Assembly: GCA_050298055.1 (NCBI GenBank)
Contig: JBNKTL010000021.1
Location: 22,054-86,053 of the forward strand
Reading direction: 5' to 3'
From: Spirochaetota bacterium
GTDB taxonomy: Bacteria; Spirochaetota; UBA4802; UBA5550
Length of the DNA stretch: 64,000 nucleotides
Each line of letters opens with the position of its first letter. Position 1 is the first letter of the stretch. The notes beneath the pieces were generated by a model, which saw nothing but the letters and a program-made list of their open reading frames with translations, had not been told where the DNA came from and searched no databases. The position numbers and the translations under genes were made by a program. Below are positions 51,173 to 61,460 of this stretch, piece after piece.

Positions 51173-52822
51173 TTACTTATTCCTGAAACTGATTTTTTTT
51201 CCATTTTTATTATCATTTTTTAACGGGTCCTTTCCGGGGCTTTCATCCGGATCTTTTATCATTACCATCCTGCCCCAGATTTTCTCCCTGCCCCTGAACA
51301 CGGACCCCAGCTTCTGTGTGTCAACGATACCGTCCGCCCTGGTCCAGACCCTGTTAAACTGGGACTGCAAAAGGGCCCCGAGGTTAAGATGCCCATAGGT
51401 GGAGACGATGCACCCTTCACTCCACGCCCCCGAATGGATCATGATCCCTGTCCTTATACCGGGCCATATGTATCCCGGCACCGTGTTCAATGAGGGGTAA
51501 AATCCCCGGAGAAGGTTCCCGTTCCGTGATATGGCGGCCCGGGGTATCAGGTTATAGGGGATCCGGTCATGCTCCCAGAGTTTGAATTGTGATGATTTTA
51601 ACATCTCATTTTTAAGAAACGGGTCTATCCTGTCCGGAACAAATATCCTGTTTGAATAGAATACGCGGCTGACTTCCGTGGCATTGTTCATGCCGTCGGT
51701 TTTATCGATCCGGTAAATGATCATCCATGCGTTGCTTGCCTGAAGAACGGCCCTTTTAAGCCGGGAGATATAATAAAGGACAAAGCCCCTGTCATAGAAC
51801 CTCTCCTTCTGTTCACGGTCCTTTATGATCCATAGCCTGTACCTGCCCTTCCGGCTGTCTTCCATGCCGGGTGCCAGGCCCTGGAGGTGCCTGTACGCGG
51901 CCAGCTCCTCTTCCGGTGAATTGTACCCGGGGACGATTTTTTTTAATCCCCGGAAAACAATCTCATGTTTTTCAAGGAGCATGTCCAGCACACTGTTCCA
52001 GGCATTCAAAATGTCGGACTTTGTTACGGCGGTTTTTTTCCAGAAAGCAAGTGCCCGGGAATAATACCGGTCGGCATGCTGCATAAAAATCCCCGGGACC
52101 ATACTCCTGTTCAATTCTTCCCATTTTTTGTACCCGCCGGCCGTATAGCTGTTTTTGCCCACAAAGAACGAGAGGTCTGCAAGGAATAATATTGATATGA
52201 TAAACGCGGCAACCCTGGTGATGCCGGCAACCCGTTTAACAGGACTTAAGCGAAAAAAGGAAAGGATCCCGGCGCCGGTATGGAGTAAAAAAGTGATCCC
52301 GGTAAAGAGAAGCGATATGTAAATAATATGCCAGTTATGCCAGAAGATCCTTCCCCACCCTCCCTGCATGGTTTTATCCGGCCAGAAAAGGGCAATCCCC
52401 CCCCAGGGACCGGGAGGTGTCAGTATATCACCCGCAAGGTGAGATCCGTACGCTATGAACGCGGCAAGGAAAGCTCCCATGAAACGGAGGGACCTCTTTT
52501 CCAGCAGGACCTTGTCCCGCCTGAAGAGGTTCGCGGTTCCCCTGACAGTTGTGGCCCCCAGAAGATAAAGAAATGCCATCACCAGGCCCGTAACCAGGGC
52601 GGCCGCAATTGAGTGCCCGAACATATGGTGGGAATACCACTCCTTCCCATAATAAATTTTATGGCTGATAAAGAGAGAGAGGCCGTCAATATCGGGAAAA
52701 ACCGAAGCTATTGCAGAGACGGCTATAATGGCCCTGTAGGAAATACCGAAGAACCTGTTAAGAGGCAGGGCAACCATACCCGTTGCCGCAAGTCCCGTAC
52801 CCAGATGACCAATGGGTGTCAT
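51173..52822 (-). CDS. YdjM-like membrane metal-dependent hydrolase with extra C-terminal domain
   Basis: GH, FPDID, HHMFGHS, SHLAGD motifs; C-terminal GIMIHSGAWSEGCI. Confidence 0.8.
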   Translation of the reverse strand: MTPIGHLGTGLAATGMVALPLNRFFGISYRAIIAVSAIASVFPDIDGLSLFISHKIYYGKEWYSHHMFGHSIAAALVTGLVMAFLYLLGATTVRGTANLFRRDKVLLEKRSLRFMGAFLAAFIAYGSHLAGDILTPPGPWGGIALFWPDKTMQGGWGRIFWHNWHIIYISLLFTGITFLLHTGAGILSFFRLSPVKRVAGITRVAAFIISILFLADLSFFVGKNSYTAGGYKKWEELNRSMVPGIFMQHADRYYSRALAFWKKTAVTKSDILNAWNSVLDMLLEKHEIVFRGLKKIVPGYNSPEEELAAYRHLQGLAPGMEDSRKGRYRLWIIKDREQKERFYDRGFVLYYISRLKRAVLQASNAWMIIYRIDKTDGMNNATEVSRVFYSNRIFVPDRIDPFLKNEMLKSSQFKLWEHDRIPYNLIPRAAISRNGNLLRGFYPSLNTVPGYIWPGIRTGIMIHSGAWSEGCIVSTYGHLNLGALLQSQFNRVWTRADGIVDTQKLGSVFRGREKIWGRMVMIKDPDESPGKDPLKNDNKNGKKISFRNK

Positions 52823-53325
52823 TTCCTTTTTCCCCCTGCGGGGAATATACCGGACAGGACTTTCCCGGGTGTAAAACGGAGTATAAATGCTTTTAAAGTT
52901 TCTTTTTTATGGGGATCTTTCAAAAGAGATAAACAGCCGGTTGCACAGAGGAAAAACAGGGAGTAGTATAATTTCAAAACAATGTCCCAGTCATATTCGG
53001 GAATATGCGCTCCCCATCTGTATTCCGAGTAGTAACGGGAAAAAACCGCTTTAACGATCACGGCAAAGGACCAGGCCACTGCAAGAGCTTTTCCCCATTT
53101 TTTATTTCTCAGGATACCTATCCCTGATAACCAGAGGAGCAGGGAAGTCGATTCTGAAATATAATTATAAACGCCCCAGAAGATGCCCAGCTGAAATACC
53201 TCATCATAACCGATAAGCAAAAGAGAGATCAGCGACCAGAGGGAAGAAGAGAAACCCGCGATAATGTGAAGAAGACCGGTAAGGGTATCAAAAAAACCTC
53301 TCCTGAAGACCAGACTTTCTGACAT
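52819..53325 (-). CDS. Hypothetical membrane protein
   Basis: About four hydrophobic segments; 4-nt overlap with the next gene. Confidence 0.7.
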   Translation of the reverse strand: MSESLVFRRGFFDTLTGLLHIIAGFSSSLWSLISLLLIGYDEVFQLGIFWGVYNYISESTSLLLWLSGIGILRNKKWGKALAVAWSFAVIVKAVFSRYYSEYRWGAHIPEYDWDIVLKLYYSLFFLCATGCLSLLKDPHKKETLKAFILRFTPGKVLSGIFPAGGKRK

Positions 53326-53558
53326 GTTTTTTCTCTTAATATTATCCGTTAGATATACAATATAAAAAAAAGTGAGGATTTATGCCATCCCGGGAATAGT
53401 CTGTCAAATATTAAATTTTATTTTTCCATTTCTTTGCAGTCAAAAACGGTCATAACCCCTTTCGCGGAACTATTTTCATTGACATCAGACCTTCTTTCTG
53501 AAAAAATTCGAAAGTCATTCATTAAAAGAAGACTAATATTTCCCTTTGCGGAGCAGGT

Positions 53559-54014
53559 ATGATAAACAAACTGAAAAAATACTTCGACCTGAAAACAGAA
53601 AGCGGCACAGCCGCAAAAAAAGAGGACACCCGGCAGAAGCTTAAAGTAGCAGTATGCGCCCTGCTCCTGGAAACAGCCTATTCCGACGAGGAATTCAGTG
53701 AGGATGAAAAGACCCGGCTGGTTGATATGATAAAAACAGGTTTCGGGCTCACCGGGGAAGAGGCCGATGAGCTGATAGGAATCGCCCAGAAGGAGAGGGA
53801 AAAAAGTGTTGACCTCTGGCACTTTACAAAACTCATCAATGAAAACTACTCCCGGGAAGAGAAGATAAACCTCATGGAGATGCTCTGGGAGATCGTCTAC
53901 GCGGACTCCGTCCTGGACAAGCATGAGGACTACCTGATGCATACCCTCACCAAACTCCTGAAGCTGGAACACAGGCAGATGATCGCCGCGAAGCTCAGGG
54001 CAAAGCCGGATTAA
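53559..54014 (+). CDS. TerB family protein
   Basis: ALLLETAYSDEEFSEDE, LWEIVYADSVLDKHE. Confidence 0.88.
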   Translation: MINKLKKYFDLKTESGTAAKKEDTRQKLKVAVCALLLETAYSDEEFSEDEKTRLVDMIKTGFGLTGEEADELIGIAQKEREKSVDLWHFTKLINENYSREEKINLMEMLWEIVYADSVLDKHEDYLMHTLTKLLKLEHRQMIAAKLRAKPD

Positions 54015-54036
54015 TACGGAATAAAGGTATCTGCCC

Positions 54037-55500
54037 ATGAAAACACCCATTGAATATATTGAGAGCCTGAGAAAACTGGACCTTGTGGTTTACCTCTTCG
54101 GTGAGAAAATAACCGATGTCACGGAAAACCCCGTTATCAAACCGTCATTGAACGCGGTGGCTACCACGTACTCCCTGGCGCATAACAGCGACTATGAAGA
54201 TATCATGACCGCAGTCTCCCATATAACGGGAAAGAGGATCAACCGTTTCAACCACATTCACCAGAGTGTGGAGGACCTGGTAAAAAAGAGTAAAATGGGA
54301 AGGCTCATGGGATCACATACCGGGTGCTGCTTCCAGAGGTGCGTGGGGATGGATACCCTCAACGCCCTTTCCATCACCACCTTCAATATCGATAAAAAGT
54401 ACGGAACGGAATACAACAGCCGCTTCCTTAAATACCTGGAGTATGTTCAGGAGAACGACCTGGTCTGTGACGGGGCCATGACCGATCCCAAGGGCGACCG
54501 GTCCCTCCCCCCCCACAGGCAGGAAGATCCCGACATGTACCTGAGAGTGGTCAGGGAGGAAAAGGAGGGCATCGTGGTGCGGGGGGCCAAGGCCCACCAG
54601 ACCGGCGCGGTAAACTCACATGAAATTGTTGTCATGCCCACCATAAGCATGAAGGAGGAGGACAGGGACTACGCGGTGTCATTCGCCCTCCCCTCCGATA
54701 CACAGGGGATAAGCTATGTGATCGGCAGACAATCCTGCGACAGGAGAAAACTTGAGAAGGGCCTCATGGACAGGGGGAACATTTTTTTCGGCGGTCACGA
54801 GGCCCTTGTGATCTTCGATGATGTCTTCGTTCCCCGGGAGCAGATCTTCATGTTTCGTGAATACGAGTTTGCCGGTGAACTTGTGGAGAAGTTCGCGTCA
54901 TACCACAGGCAGAGTTACGCCTGCAAGGTGGGTGTGGGTGACGTCCTCATCGGGGCCGCCCAGGCAGCGGCGGAGTATAACGGTGTGGAGAAAGCGTCCC
55001 ATATCAAAGACAAGATCATAGAGATGAACCACCTCAACGAGACCCTCTTCTGCGGATGCATCGCGTGCGCCTCGGAAGGCGCCGAGGAGCCAAGCGGGAC
55101 CTACTCTGTGAATACCCTTCTTGCCAATGTCCATAAACAGAACGTGACCCGCTTTCCCTACGAGATTTCCCGGCTGGCGCAGGACATTGCCGGGGGTCTC
55201 ATGGTGACCCTTCCCTCGGAAGACGACCTCAACTCACCGGTTACGGGAAAGTGGATAAGGAAATTTTTTCAGGGCAGGAAAGGCTCATCGCCGGAGGAGA
55301 GAATGAAGATCCTCAGGCTCATAGAAAATCTTACCCTGGGAACCGCCGCAGTGGGTTACCTTACCGAGTCCATGCATGGCGCGGGTTCTCCCCAGGCCCA
55401 GCGGATCATGATATCACGGGAAGTGGATATGGAAAAGAAAAAAGCCTTTGCCAGGAAACTCTGCGGTATTATCCATGAAGATGAGGAAACGGATAAATGA
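54037..55500 (+). CDS. abfD: 4-hydroxybutyryl-CoA dehydratase (HpaB/AbfD family)
   Basis: Fe-S ligand motifs CFQRCVGMD and YHRQSYAC; GAMTDPKGDR; ESMHGAGSPQAQR. Confidence 0.88.
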   Translation: MKTPIEYIESLRKLDLVVYLFGEKITDVTENPVIKPSLNAVATTYSLAHNSDYEDIMTAVSHITGKRINRFNHIHQSVEDLVKKSKMGRLMGSHTGCCFQRCVGMDTLNALSITTFNIDKKYGTEYNSRFLKYLEYVQENDLVCDGAMTDPKGDRSLPPHRQEDPDMYLRVVREEKEGIVVRGAKAHQTGAVNSHEIVVMPTISMKEEDRDYAVSFALPSDTQGISYVIGRQSCDRRKLEKGLMDRGNIFFGGHEALVIFDDVFVPREQIFMFREYEFAGELVEKFASYHRQSYACKVGVGDVLIGAAQAAAEYNGVEKASHIKDKIIEMNHLNETLFCGCIACASEGAEEPSGTYSVNTLLANVHKQNVTRFPYEISRLAQDIAGGLMVTLPSEDDLNSPVTGKWIRKFFQGRKGSSPEERMKILRLIENLTLGTAAVGYLTESMHGAGSPQAQRIMISREVDMEKKKAFARKLCGIIHEDEETDK

Positions 55501-56192
55501 ATATTCACTACTTTCAGCATGTGGGCTTTGAAGACCTCGCTGCCATAGAACAGTGGTTAATTCAGAGGGGACATCATATTACCTGTACACGGCTCTTCAT
55601 GGATGAACCGCTCCCCGAATATGAGAGCTTTGACATGCTCATTGTCATGGGAGGGCCCATGGGTGTCAAAGATGAGAAGGAGTATCCCTGGCTTCTTGAT
55701 GAAAAGATCTTCCTGGAAGAGGCAATTAAAAAAGAAAAGAAGATACTGGGAATCTGCCTGGGAGCGCAGCTTCTGGCCGAAGTCATGGGAGCCAGGATAT
55801 TCAGGAATGCCCATCCGGAGATAGGCTGGTTCCCCGTAAGGCTGACCCCGGAAGCGTCCGCGTCTCCCCTTTTCCGCGGCCTCCCCGAAGAATTCACCCC
55901 CTTTCACTGGCACGGCGACACCTTCGAGGTCCCGGAGGGCGCTGTGAGGACATCAGAGAGTGATGGCTGCAGGAACCAGTCCTTCACCTGCGGCAGCAAT
56001 ATAATGGGTCTGCAGTTTCACATTGAAATGGAAGAGTTCAGCATAAACAACCTCATCGCAAACTGTTATGATGAAATCAAAGACGGCAGGTATATCCAGG
56101 AACCGGCTGACATGTCCCGGGATGCTGCGGGAAATATGAAGGGGAGCTTAGAGGTCATGGACAGGCTGCTGACAAACTTGATTGATGCGTGA
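55497..56192 (+). CDS. Class I glutamine amidotransferase
   Basis: MGGPM, GICLGAQL, WHGD, LQFHIE. Confidence 0.92.
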   Translation: MNIHYFQHVGFEDLAAIEQWLIQRGHHITCTRLFMDEPLPEYESFDMLIVMGGPMGVKDEKEYPWLLDEKIFLEEAIKKEKKILGICLGAQLLAEVMGARIFRNAHPEIGWFPVRLTPEASASPLFRGLPEEFTPFHWHGDTFEVPEGAVRTSESDGCRNQSFTCGSNIMGLQFHIEMEEFSINNLIANCYDEIKDGRYIQEPADMSRDAAGNMKGSLEVMDRLLTNLIDA

Positions 56193-56280
56193 AAAGAAGA
56201 TTACCGGGATCCTCAAAATTTATTTTTTCACAATTAAAAAAACTATTGACAATTTTCGGGTTATTCCATATATTCGATAT

Positions 56281-56613
56281 ATGTCGAAATATAAGAACAT
56301 AAACATAGAAAGGTTCAGTGAGATTTTCAAGGCTCTTTCAAATCCCAATCGTCTGAAGATCTATCTTAAACTGCTCTCAAGCTGCAAGGCCGGGGAGATC
56401 CACCAGGTAACCGATGAAGTCTGCACCTGTATCGGAGATCTGGGGGAAAACCTGGGCATTGTACCCTCTACAATGTCCCATCACATTAAGGAACTGCGAA
56501 GGGCCGGTCTCATTCAAATAAGGAGACAGGGGCAGAAAATTGAGAGCTGGATCGATAAAGAGACCATTGAGGAACTGGCAGAATTTTTTAAAAGTTCATT
56601 AAATGAGCTATAA
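56281..56613 (+). CDS. ArsR/SmtB family transcriptional regulator
   Basis: FKALSNPNRLKI, STMSHHIKELRRAGLI; likely start ATG 56281. Confidence 0.92.
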   Translation: MSKYKNINIERFSEIFKALSNPNRLKIYLKLLSSCKAGEIHQVTDEVCTCIGDLGENLGIVPSTMSHHIKELRRAGLIQIRRQGQKIESWIDKETIEELAEFFKSSLNEL

Positions 56614-56682
56614 GGCATTTTATGAATATTTCATCGTATAATAACAAAAGACCGGGAGTGTAAAAAAATTTTTAACATTTAT

Positions 56683-56706
56683 TTCGATATTCTTGGAAAT
56701 ATCGAA
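56683..56706. promoter_or_regulatory. Putative ArsR operator
   Basis: TTCGATATT-N6-AATATCGAA; related TTCGA-N6-TCGAA at 56273-56288. Confidence 0.6.
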
Positions 56707-56721
56707 CACAGGAGGTCAGAC

Positions 56722-57633
56722 ATGGATAACGGAGAAATGATTTTACAGAGGTATAGAGAGTGTGATGAAGCGGAGAGGCTCTGTCTTTACATGGGGTACA
56801 GGGATTTAAGGGAGGATTTTCAGGCTATTGAAAATGAAGCGAGAAAATTGGTGTCGGGAAAACCGGCAAAAGAGAGATCGGAAGCTGATGGGATATCCCC
56901 TGTTAAAAGTTTTTTATCAAAAGTCCTGATATACCTTTCTTTCATAATAGCGAACCTGTCACTTTTTCTTTTTCTCATATTCCTCTACAGGGGGCCCTTT
57001 GATCTTTTTAACTTCAAAATGAAAGGCATCCCTCTTCTTATCTTTAATGCCGCTCTCTCTCTCACTTTTTTTATTCAACACAGTATAATGGTGAGAAAAT
57101 CATTCCGGAATTTTCTGGTTCAATTCATAGACAGGGCTTATCATGGAGCGCTCTATTCTCTCTTTTCCGGATTCTTCTTACTCTCTGTTGTTGTTCTCTG
57201 GCAGAAATCCGATTACATCCTCGTCCAGGTCCCTGAATCGATTGCTCTCATAATGCGGGTTCTCTTCTTCCTGGCACTTGTCTGTCTCATATGGGGGGTC
57301 AGGGAGCTCGGTAGATTTGATCCCTTCGGTACCGGGGAAATTCGCCGTCACCTGAAGGGAAAACCTCATAAAAAACCGGTTCCCTTTACAATAAAGGGCC
57401 CCTACCGTTATGTGCGCCATCCTCTCTATTTTTTCACCCTGATAATGGTCTGGCTCCCTCTCCAATACACTGCTGATCGTCTGCTCTTCAACATCCTTCT
57501 GACTTCCTGGACTGTCATAGGGACTTTTCTGGAAGAGAGGGACCTGACGGAACAATTCGGTGAGCAATACAGGGATTATCGCAGGAGAGTCTCCATGCTT
57601 ATTCCCCTTCCCGGAAAAAAGGTGAATGAATAA
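56722..57633 (+). CDS. Membrane methyltransferase, MddA/ICMT-like family
   Basis: QHSIMVR, GPYRYVRHPLY, LEERDL...FG..YRDYRRRV.MLIP. Confidence 0.85.
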   Translation: MDNGEMILQRYRECDEAERLCLYMGYRDLREDFQAIENEARKLVSGKPAKERSEADGISPVKSFLSKVLIYLSFIIANLSLFLFLIFLYRGPFDLFNFKMKGIPLLIFNAALSLTFFIQHSIMVRKSFRNFLVQFIDRAYHGALYSLFSGFFLLSVVVLWQKSDYILVQVPESIALIMRVLFFLALVCLIWGVRELGRFDPFGTGEIRRHLKGKPHKKPVPFTIKGPYRYVRHPLYFFTLIMVWLPLQYTADRLLFNILLTSWTVIGTFLEERDLTEQFGEQYRDYRRRVSMLIPLPGKKVNE

Positions 57634-57651
57634 TGTCCAACTGTTATTAAA

Positions 57652-59205
57652 TTACTTAACTGGCGGAAGCTCCTTCTCTCCCAGGGTATAGACCTCAACA
57701 GGGGTTTCCCGCCCTTTCACCTGTACATTCCCGAGCCTTTTAAAAGAAAAGTCACCCTGTATGAGTTCCATGGTCTCCCGGGAGATCATGATGTCTTCCG
57801 AAAATTTTCGGGAAACACCTTCGAGCCGTGATGCCAGGTTCACCGCGTCCCCGATGACCGTGTATTCATTGCGCTCTTTCGCCCCGATATTTCCCGCGAC
57901 CACTTCGCCCGTGTGGATCCCGATCCCCGTTTTTATGGCAGGCAGGCCGGTATCCCGCAGTTTTCTGTTTAACTCTTCGCGCTGTTCAATCATTTCAATG
58001 GCGGCGAGAACCGCCTGGTCCGGGTGGTCGGGGACCTCCAGGGGGGCGTTAAAGAGGGCCATAATGGCGTCCCCGATGTACTTATTGACGATCCCCCTGT
58101 GCGCAAGGATGGGCCCGTGCATCCGCTGGAAGTATTCGTTGAGAAGCTCAACGATCTGCTCGGGAGTTTCCCGTTCGGATATCCCCGTAAATCCGCGAAT
58201 ATCGCTGAAAAGGACCGTTACAATCCTCTTTTCCCCTCCCGGCTTGAAATGGCTGGAGAGAAGATGGTCCCGGATGGCCGGGTCAACCACACGCCCGAAG
58301 GTATCCTTGATAAACTCCTTTTCACTGAGTCCCTTTGCGGCTTTCCGGAGGGCCTCGGTGAGAATCCCCACTTCATCGTTCGCGTAGGGGCGGATATTCA
58401 GATCAAAGTCACTCTGTTCTATCTTACCGGTTGCCACCGCCAGTTCATTCAGGGGATTTTGATAGGATGATGCCACAAGCCAGATGATAGAAAATCCCGC
58501 GGCATAAAACAGGAATAAAAACCCGCCCAAAAAGGGGAGAAGAGGATCCAACAATGATTTTTCTATCTTGACCAGGAAAATATTTAAGAACAGAACCGTC
58601 GGGAAAACCCCTGTGGCCACAAAGCTGATCTGCATTCGAAAAAGGATGGATATCTTCAAACCTCCCACCTTGCTGATATCTTCATCCCGGTCAAAAACAT
58701 AAGGCAAAAAAAACCGTCGAAGACTCCATTCAAGGGAGAAATAGACAAAGGTAAAACTGAAAATCGCCAGTAAAACAAAATTAAGGATGGTAATCAAAAT
58801 TCTGGTGAAAGGAATTTCAACACCAATCAGGTAAAGCCCCAGGAGAGTAATCACAAGGGCGGAAAGCCAGCCTGTTGTGGCAATGAGAGATTGTCCAAAA
58901 GGGAGATTCAAAAAACGCCGTTTTCTTTTTTGTGCTGTTGCCTCATTTCGGGCCCCGCCCTTTACTGCTAACAGGGCCGGGATGGCATGAATAATGGCCA
59001 GGATTGTGGGAAGCATAAAGGCAAGGGGCAATAATATGGCATCAAGCAACGGATAACTTGCCGCGATCATATTTAACTGTTCCGCTCTCTCCGGGCCGAA
59101 GATAAAATCCGCAAGGACATACTGGAAGGCCACAATGAGTCCGTTGGCCCCGGCATTAATGACAACCAGTGTAACGATCAGCCAGACAGAGCGGCAATAG
59201 TTCAT
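57652..59205 (-). CDS. Membrane class III adenylate/guanylate cyclase with HAMP domain
   Basis: Six TM segments; FSDIRGFT, KYIGDAIMA, GIGIHTG, YTVIGDAVNLASRLE. Confidence 0.95.
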   Translation of the reverse strand: MNYCRSVWLIVTLVVINAGANGLIVAFQYVLADFIFGPERAEQLNMIAASYPLLDAILLPLAFMLPTILAIIHAIPALLAVKGGARNEATAQKRKRRFLNLPFGQSLIATTGWLSALVITLLGLYLIGVEIPFTRILITILNFVLLAIFSFTFVYFSLEWSLRRFFLPYVFDRDEDISKVGGLKISILFRMQISFVATGVFPTVLFLNIFLVKIEKSLLDPLLPFLGGFLFLFYAAGFSIIWLVASSYQNPLNELAVATGKIEQSDFDLNIRPYANDEVGILTEALRKAAKGLSEKEFIKDTFGRVVDPAIRDHLLSSHFKPGGEKRIVTVLFSDIRGFTGISERETPEQIVELLNEYFQRMHGPILAHRGIVNKYIGDAIMALFNAPLEVPDHPDQAVLAAIEMIEQREELNRKLRDTGLPAIKTGIGIHTGEVVAGNIGAKERNEYTVIGDAVNLASRLEGVSRKFSEDIMISRETMELIQGDFSFKRLGNVQVKGRETPVEVYTLGEKELPPVK

Positions 59206-59345
59206 CTCCCTTCCTCAATATTCTCCATAAACTCCTCTTTATTTATTCCATAAAAAAGACTTTATGTCAACAGGAAATCAGAAATGACTCAGCTCTCTGT
59301 GAGAATACTTATTTACAAAAAGAGGTAACCGGGATCTCCCCGCAT

Positions 59346-61340
59346 TTAATCTTCAATAACAAATAATGCTTCCCTGATCATCTCTTTAAGACCGGGACTT
59401 TTCGTCCTTCTCATGGCTCGTTTCAGTGCGGGGACCGCGGACCGGGCCCTGACTCCCATTTTCCTGAGTATACGGACAATCTGCTGCTGCTCATAGTATC
59501 CCTCGTTGTTTAAGACCTGAATGAGATAGGGCATTATCGGCTTCCCGTAGTATTGAGAGATAATTTTTTCGGCCCGTGAACCGCCTTTCTTCGCGATCCT
59601 GACAACGATTTTCAGGGCCTCCGGATTTCCTGTGTTGATATTGCCGAGAATCTGAAGGCAGGAGTATTTAATCTGAACACTGTTCCCGATCCTCTTTTTT
59701 TCCGCGAGCCTGAGGAGCCTGACGATCTCCCCTTCAAGAGGCAGTGCCGCCTCCTTCATCTCCCCGGCAATTTCAAGGGCCTTCAGGACTGTCCCGGTCT
59801 CTTTTTCGCGAAGCTTTTTTTTCAGAGCGGGAAAATCCGGGACCAGGTCGGGGCAATAGATATTCGCTTTTATACAGAAGAGGGTCCTCCATTTCTTCTG
59901 CTGGCTGTTCCCGGTCATCGGCAGGGCCCTGGCGAGCTTCTCCCTGCATACTGTTTTGTATTTCCCGAAAAGTTCATCAAGCAGCCTCTCCCTTCCGGAC
60001 TTTCTTTTGTTTATATTTTCCGTATAAAGAAACCGGGCGAAATCATACATATCCTGCCCCAGCATCTCATCGGGGTTCGCTTTGTTGAAGTTCATACATA
60101 TCCAATAAAAGACCCTCCTGACCTCATTTTCATTCTTTTCATTTTTAAAGATCTTTATAAGGTTATAATAGCTTTGCCTGGCCCGGGTTTTTTTTAACTC
60201 CGGGTAATACTTTTCAAAACAGTATTTGGCCAGGATATAATTTTTTCTCTGAAAGTAATTTAAGAGTCCGGACATTATCTCGTAATACGAGTCATCAAAT
60301 GAAAGCGGAACGGGCAGACCCGCCTTACCCTTTTTTACACGTTCAAAGTATTCATCGATACGGTTTTTCTGGACCGCCAACTGCTTTTCCGTAAGTCCCC
60401 GGGAATGGAAGAGAAAGGTCAGGTGACTCTCCATGTAACCCTTCTCATTTCTGAGAGATACATCCAGCCCGGCATCCCATTTTTCCTTATTGAGTATTCC
60501 CTGGGAATGAAAAAATGAGAGGATAAAGGTTGCCCGGCGGTCATCATGGGGGCCTTTGATGGTACCGAGGGTTTTTATCAGAAATTGATTATAACTTTTC
60601 TGTTTTATCCCGTATTTTTTAAATCTATTAATAACGTTAAAGTGGATCTTTCCGCATTCCCCGTGAAAGGGCATCTCAACCGCCTTTGCTGCGGCATTGT
60701 TAATCCTCGATGCCGTGGATAAATTCGTGAGAGATTCATTTATCTCACTCCATTTCCTTTCACATTTTCCTCCCTTTACGGACCCGGAACCCTTTCTGTG
60801 AAAAGGAGTAATTTCAAAATCGAATATTCCCGCAAGCTCCCTGTCAATTTTTACTTTATCCGAAAAGGTAAAGAGAATTTCACCGGTGACAACATCTATG
60901 CCCCTTCCATTAACCTCAATATATCTCCGGAATTTCGTATAGGTCCCCGTTATAAGATAATCGATTGGCACCAGTTCTCCGATCCTTTTCGCCATTTTCG
61001 GATCCATGAGCCCTGTAAGGGAAAGGGAGTGTTCCCTGACAACGGACCCAATTCTTTTCCGTTCAAAAAGTCTTATGCGGGGATGGTCTCTCTTAATGGA
61101 AGTTATCAGTTTTTCCGCGATATAGATCCCAAACTCATTTTTGGGAAATTCCTTTTTCTGTGCCGGGATAAAATCAACAATGGCCGCTCTCACCGGCCTT
61201 CCCTTCTCCCCGAGGTTTCCCGCTTTACCGGAGATATGATCAATGACCCCGGAAAAATTTCCTCCGTTCTCATTAACCGGGGAAGATGAACAGGAGAAGT
61301 AAAATGTAACAAGAAAAAGTAACAGGAGTAATTTTCTCAT
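59346..61340 (-). CDS. Lipoprotein with CsgG/FlgO-like domain and C-terminal HEAT-like repeats
   Basis: Lipobox YFSC; LFERKRIGSVVREHSLSLTGL...IGEL...YLITG; AVPAL HEAT-like tail. Confidence 0.75.
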   Translation of the reverse strand: MRKLLLLLFLVTFYFSCSSSPVNENGGNFSGVIDHISGKAGNLGEKGRPVRAAIVDFIPAQKKEFPKNEFGIYIAEKLITSIKRDHPRIRLFERKRIGSVVREHSLSLTGLMDPKMAKRIGELVPIDYLITGTYTKFRRYIEVNGRGIDVVTGEILFTFSDKVKIDRELAGIFDFEITPFHRKGSGSVKGGKCERKWSEINESLTNLSTASRINNAAAKAVEMPFHGECGKIHFNVINRFKKYGIKQKSYNQFLIKTLGTIKGPHDDRRATFILSFFHSQGILNKEKWDAGLDVSLRNEKGYMESHLTFLFHSRGLTEKQLAVQKNRIDEYFERVKKGKAGLPVPLSFDDSYYEIMSGLLNYFQRKNYILAKYCFEKYYPELKKTRARQSYYNLIKIFKNEKNENEVRRVFYWICMNFNKANPDEMLGQDMYDFARFLYTENINKRKSGRERLLDELFGKYKTVCREKLARALPMTGNSQQKKWRTLFCIKANIYCPDLVPDFPALKKKLREKETGTVLKALEIAGEMKEAALPLEGEIVRLLRLAEKKRIGNSVQIKYSCLQILGNINTGNPEALKIVVRIAKKGGSRAEKIISQYYGKPIMPYLIQVLNNEGYYEQQQIVRILRKMGVRARSAVPALKRAMRRTKSPGLKEMIREALFVIED

Positions 61341-61460
61341 GATATTTTATCCTTGTGATGTATTCTCTCTTGCTGACTTCAGAAGCGCTCCGGGAAAGAA
61401 CACCCATCTAACAACTTCCGGATGAATGAGTCAAGAAAAGTTTTAATAAAAAAAATCAAC

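Noticed and set aside
53418..54050. 210-aa minus-strand ORF
   Set aside because: Antisense to the TerB family gene.
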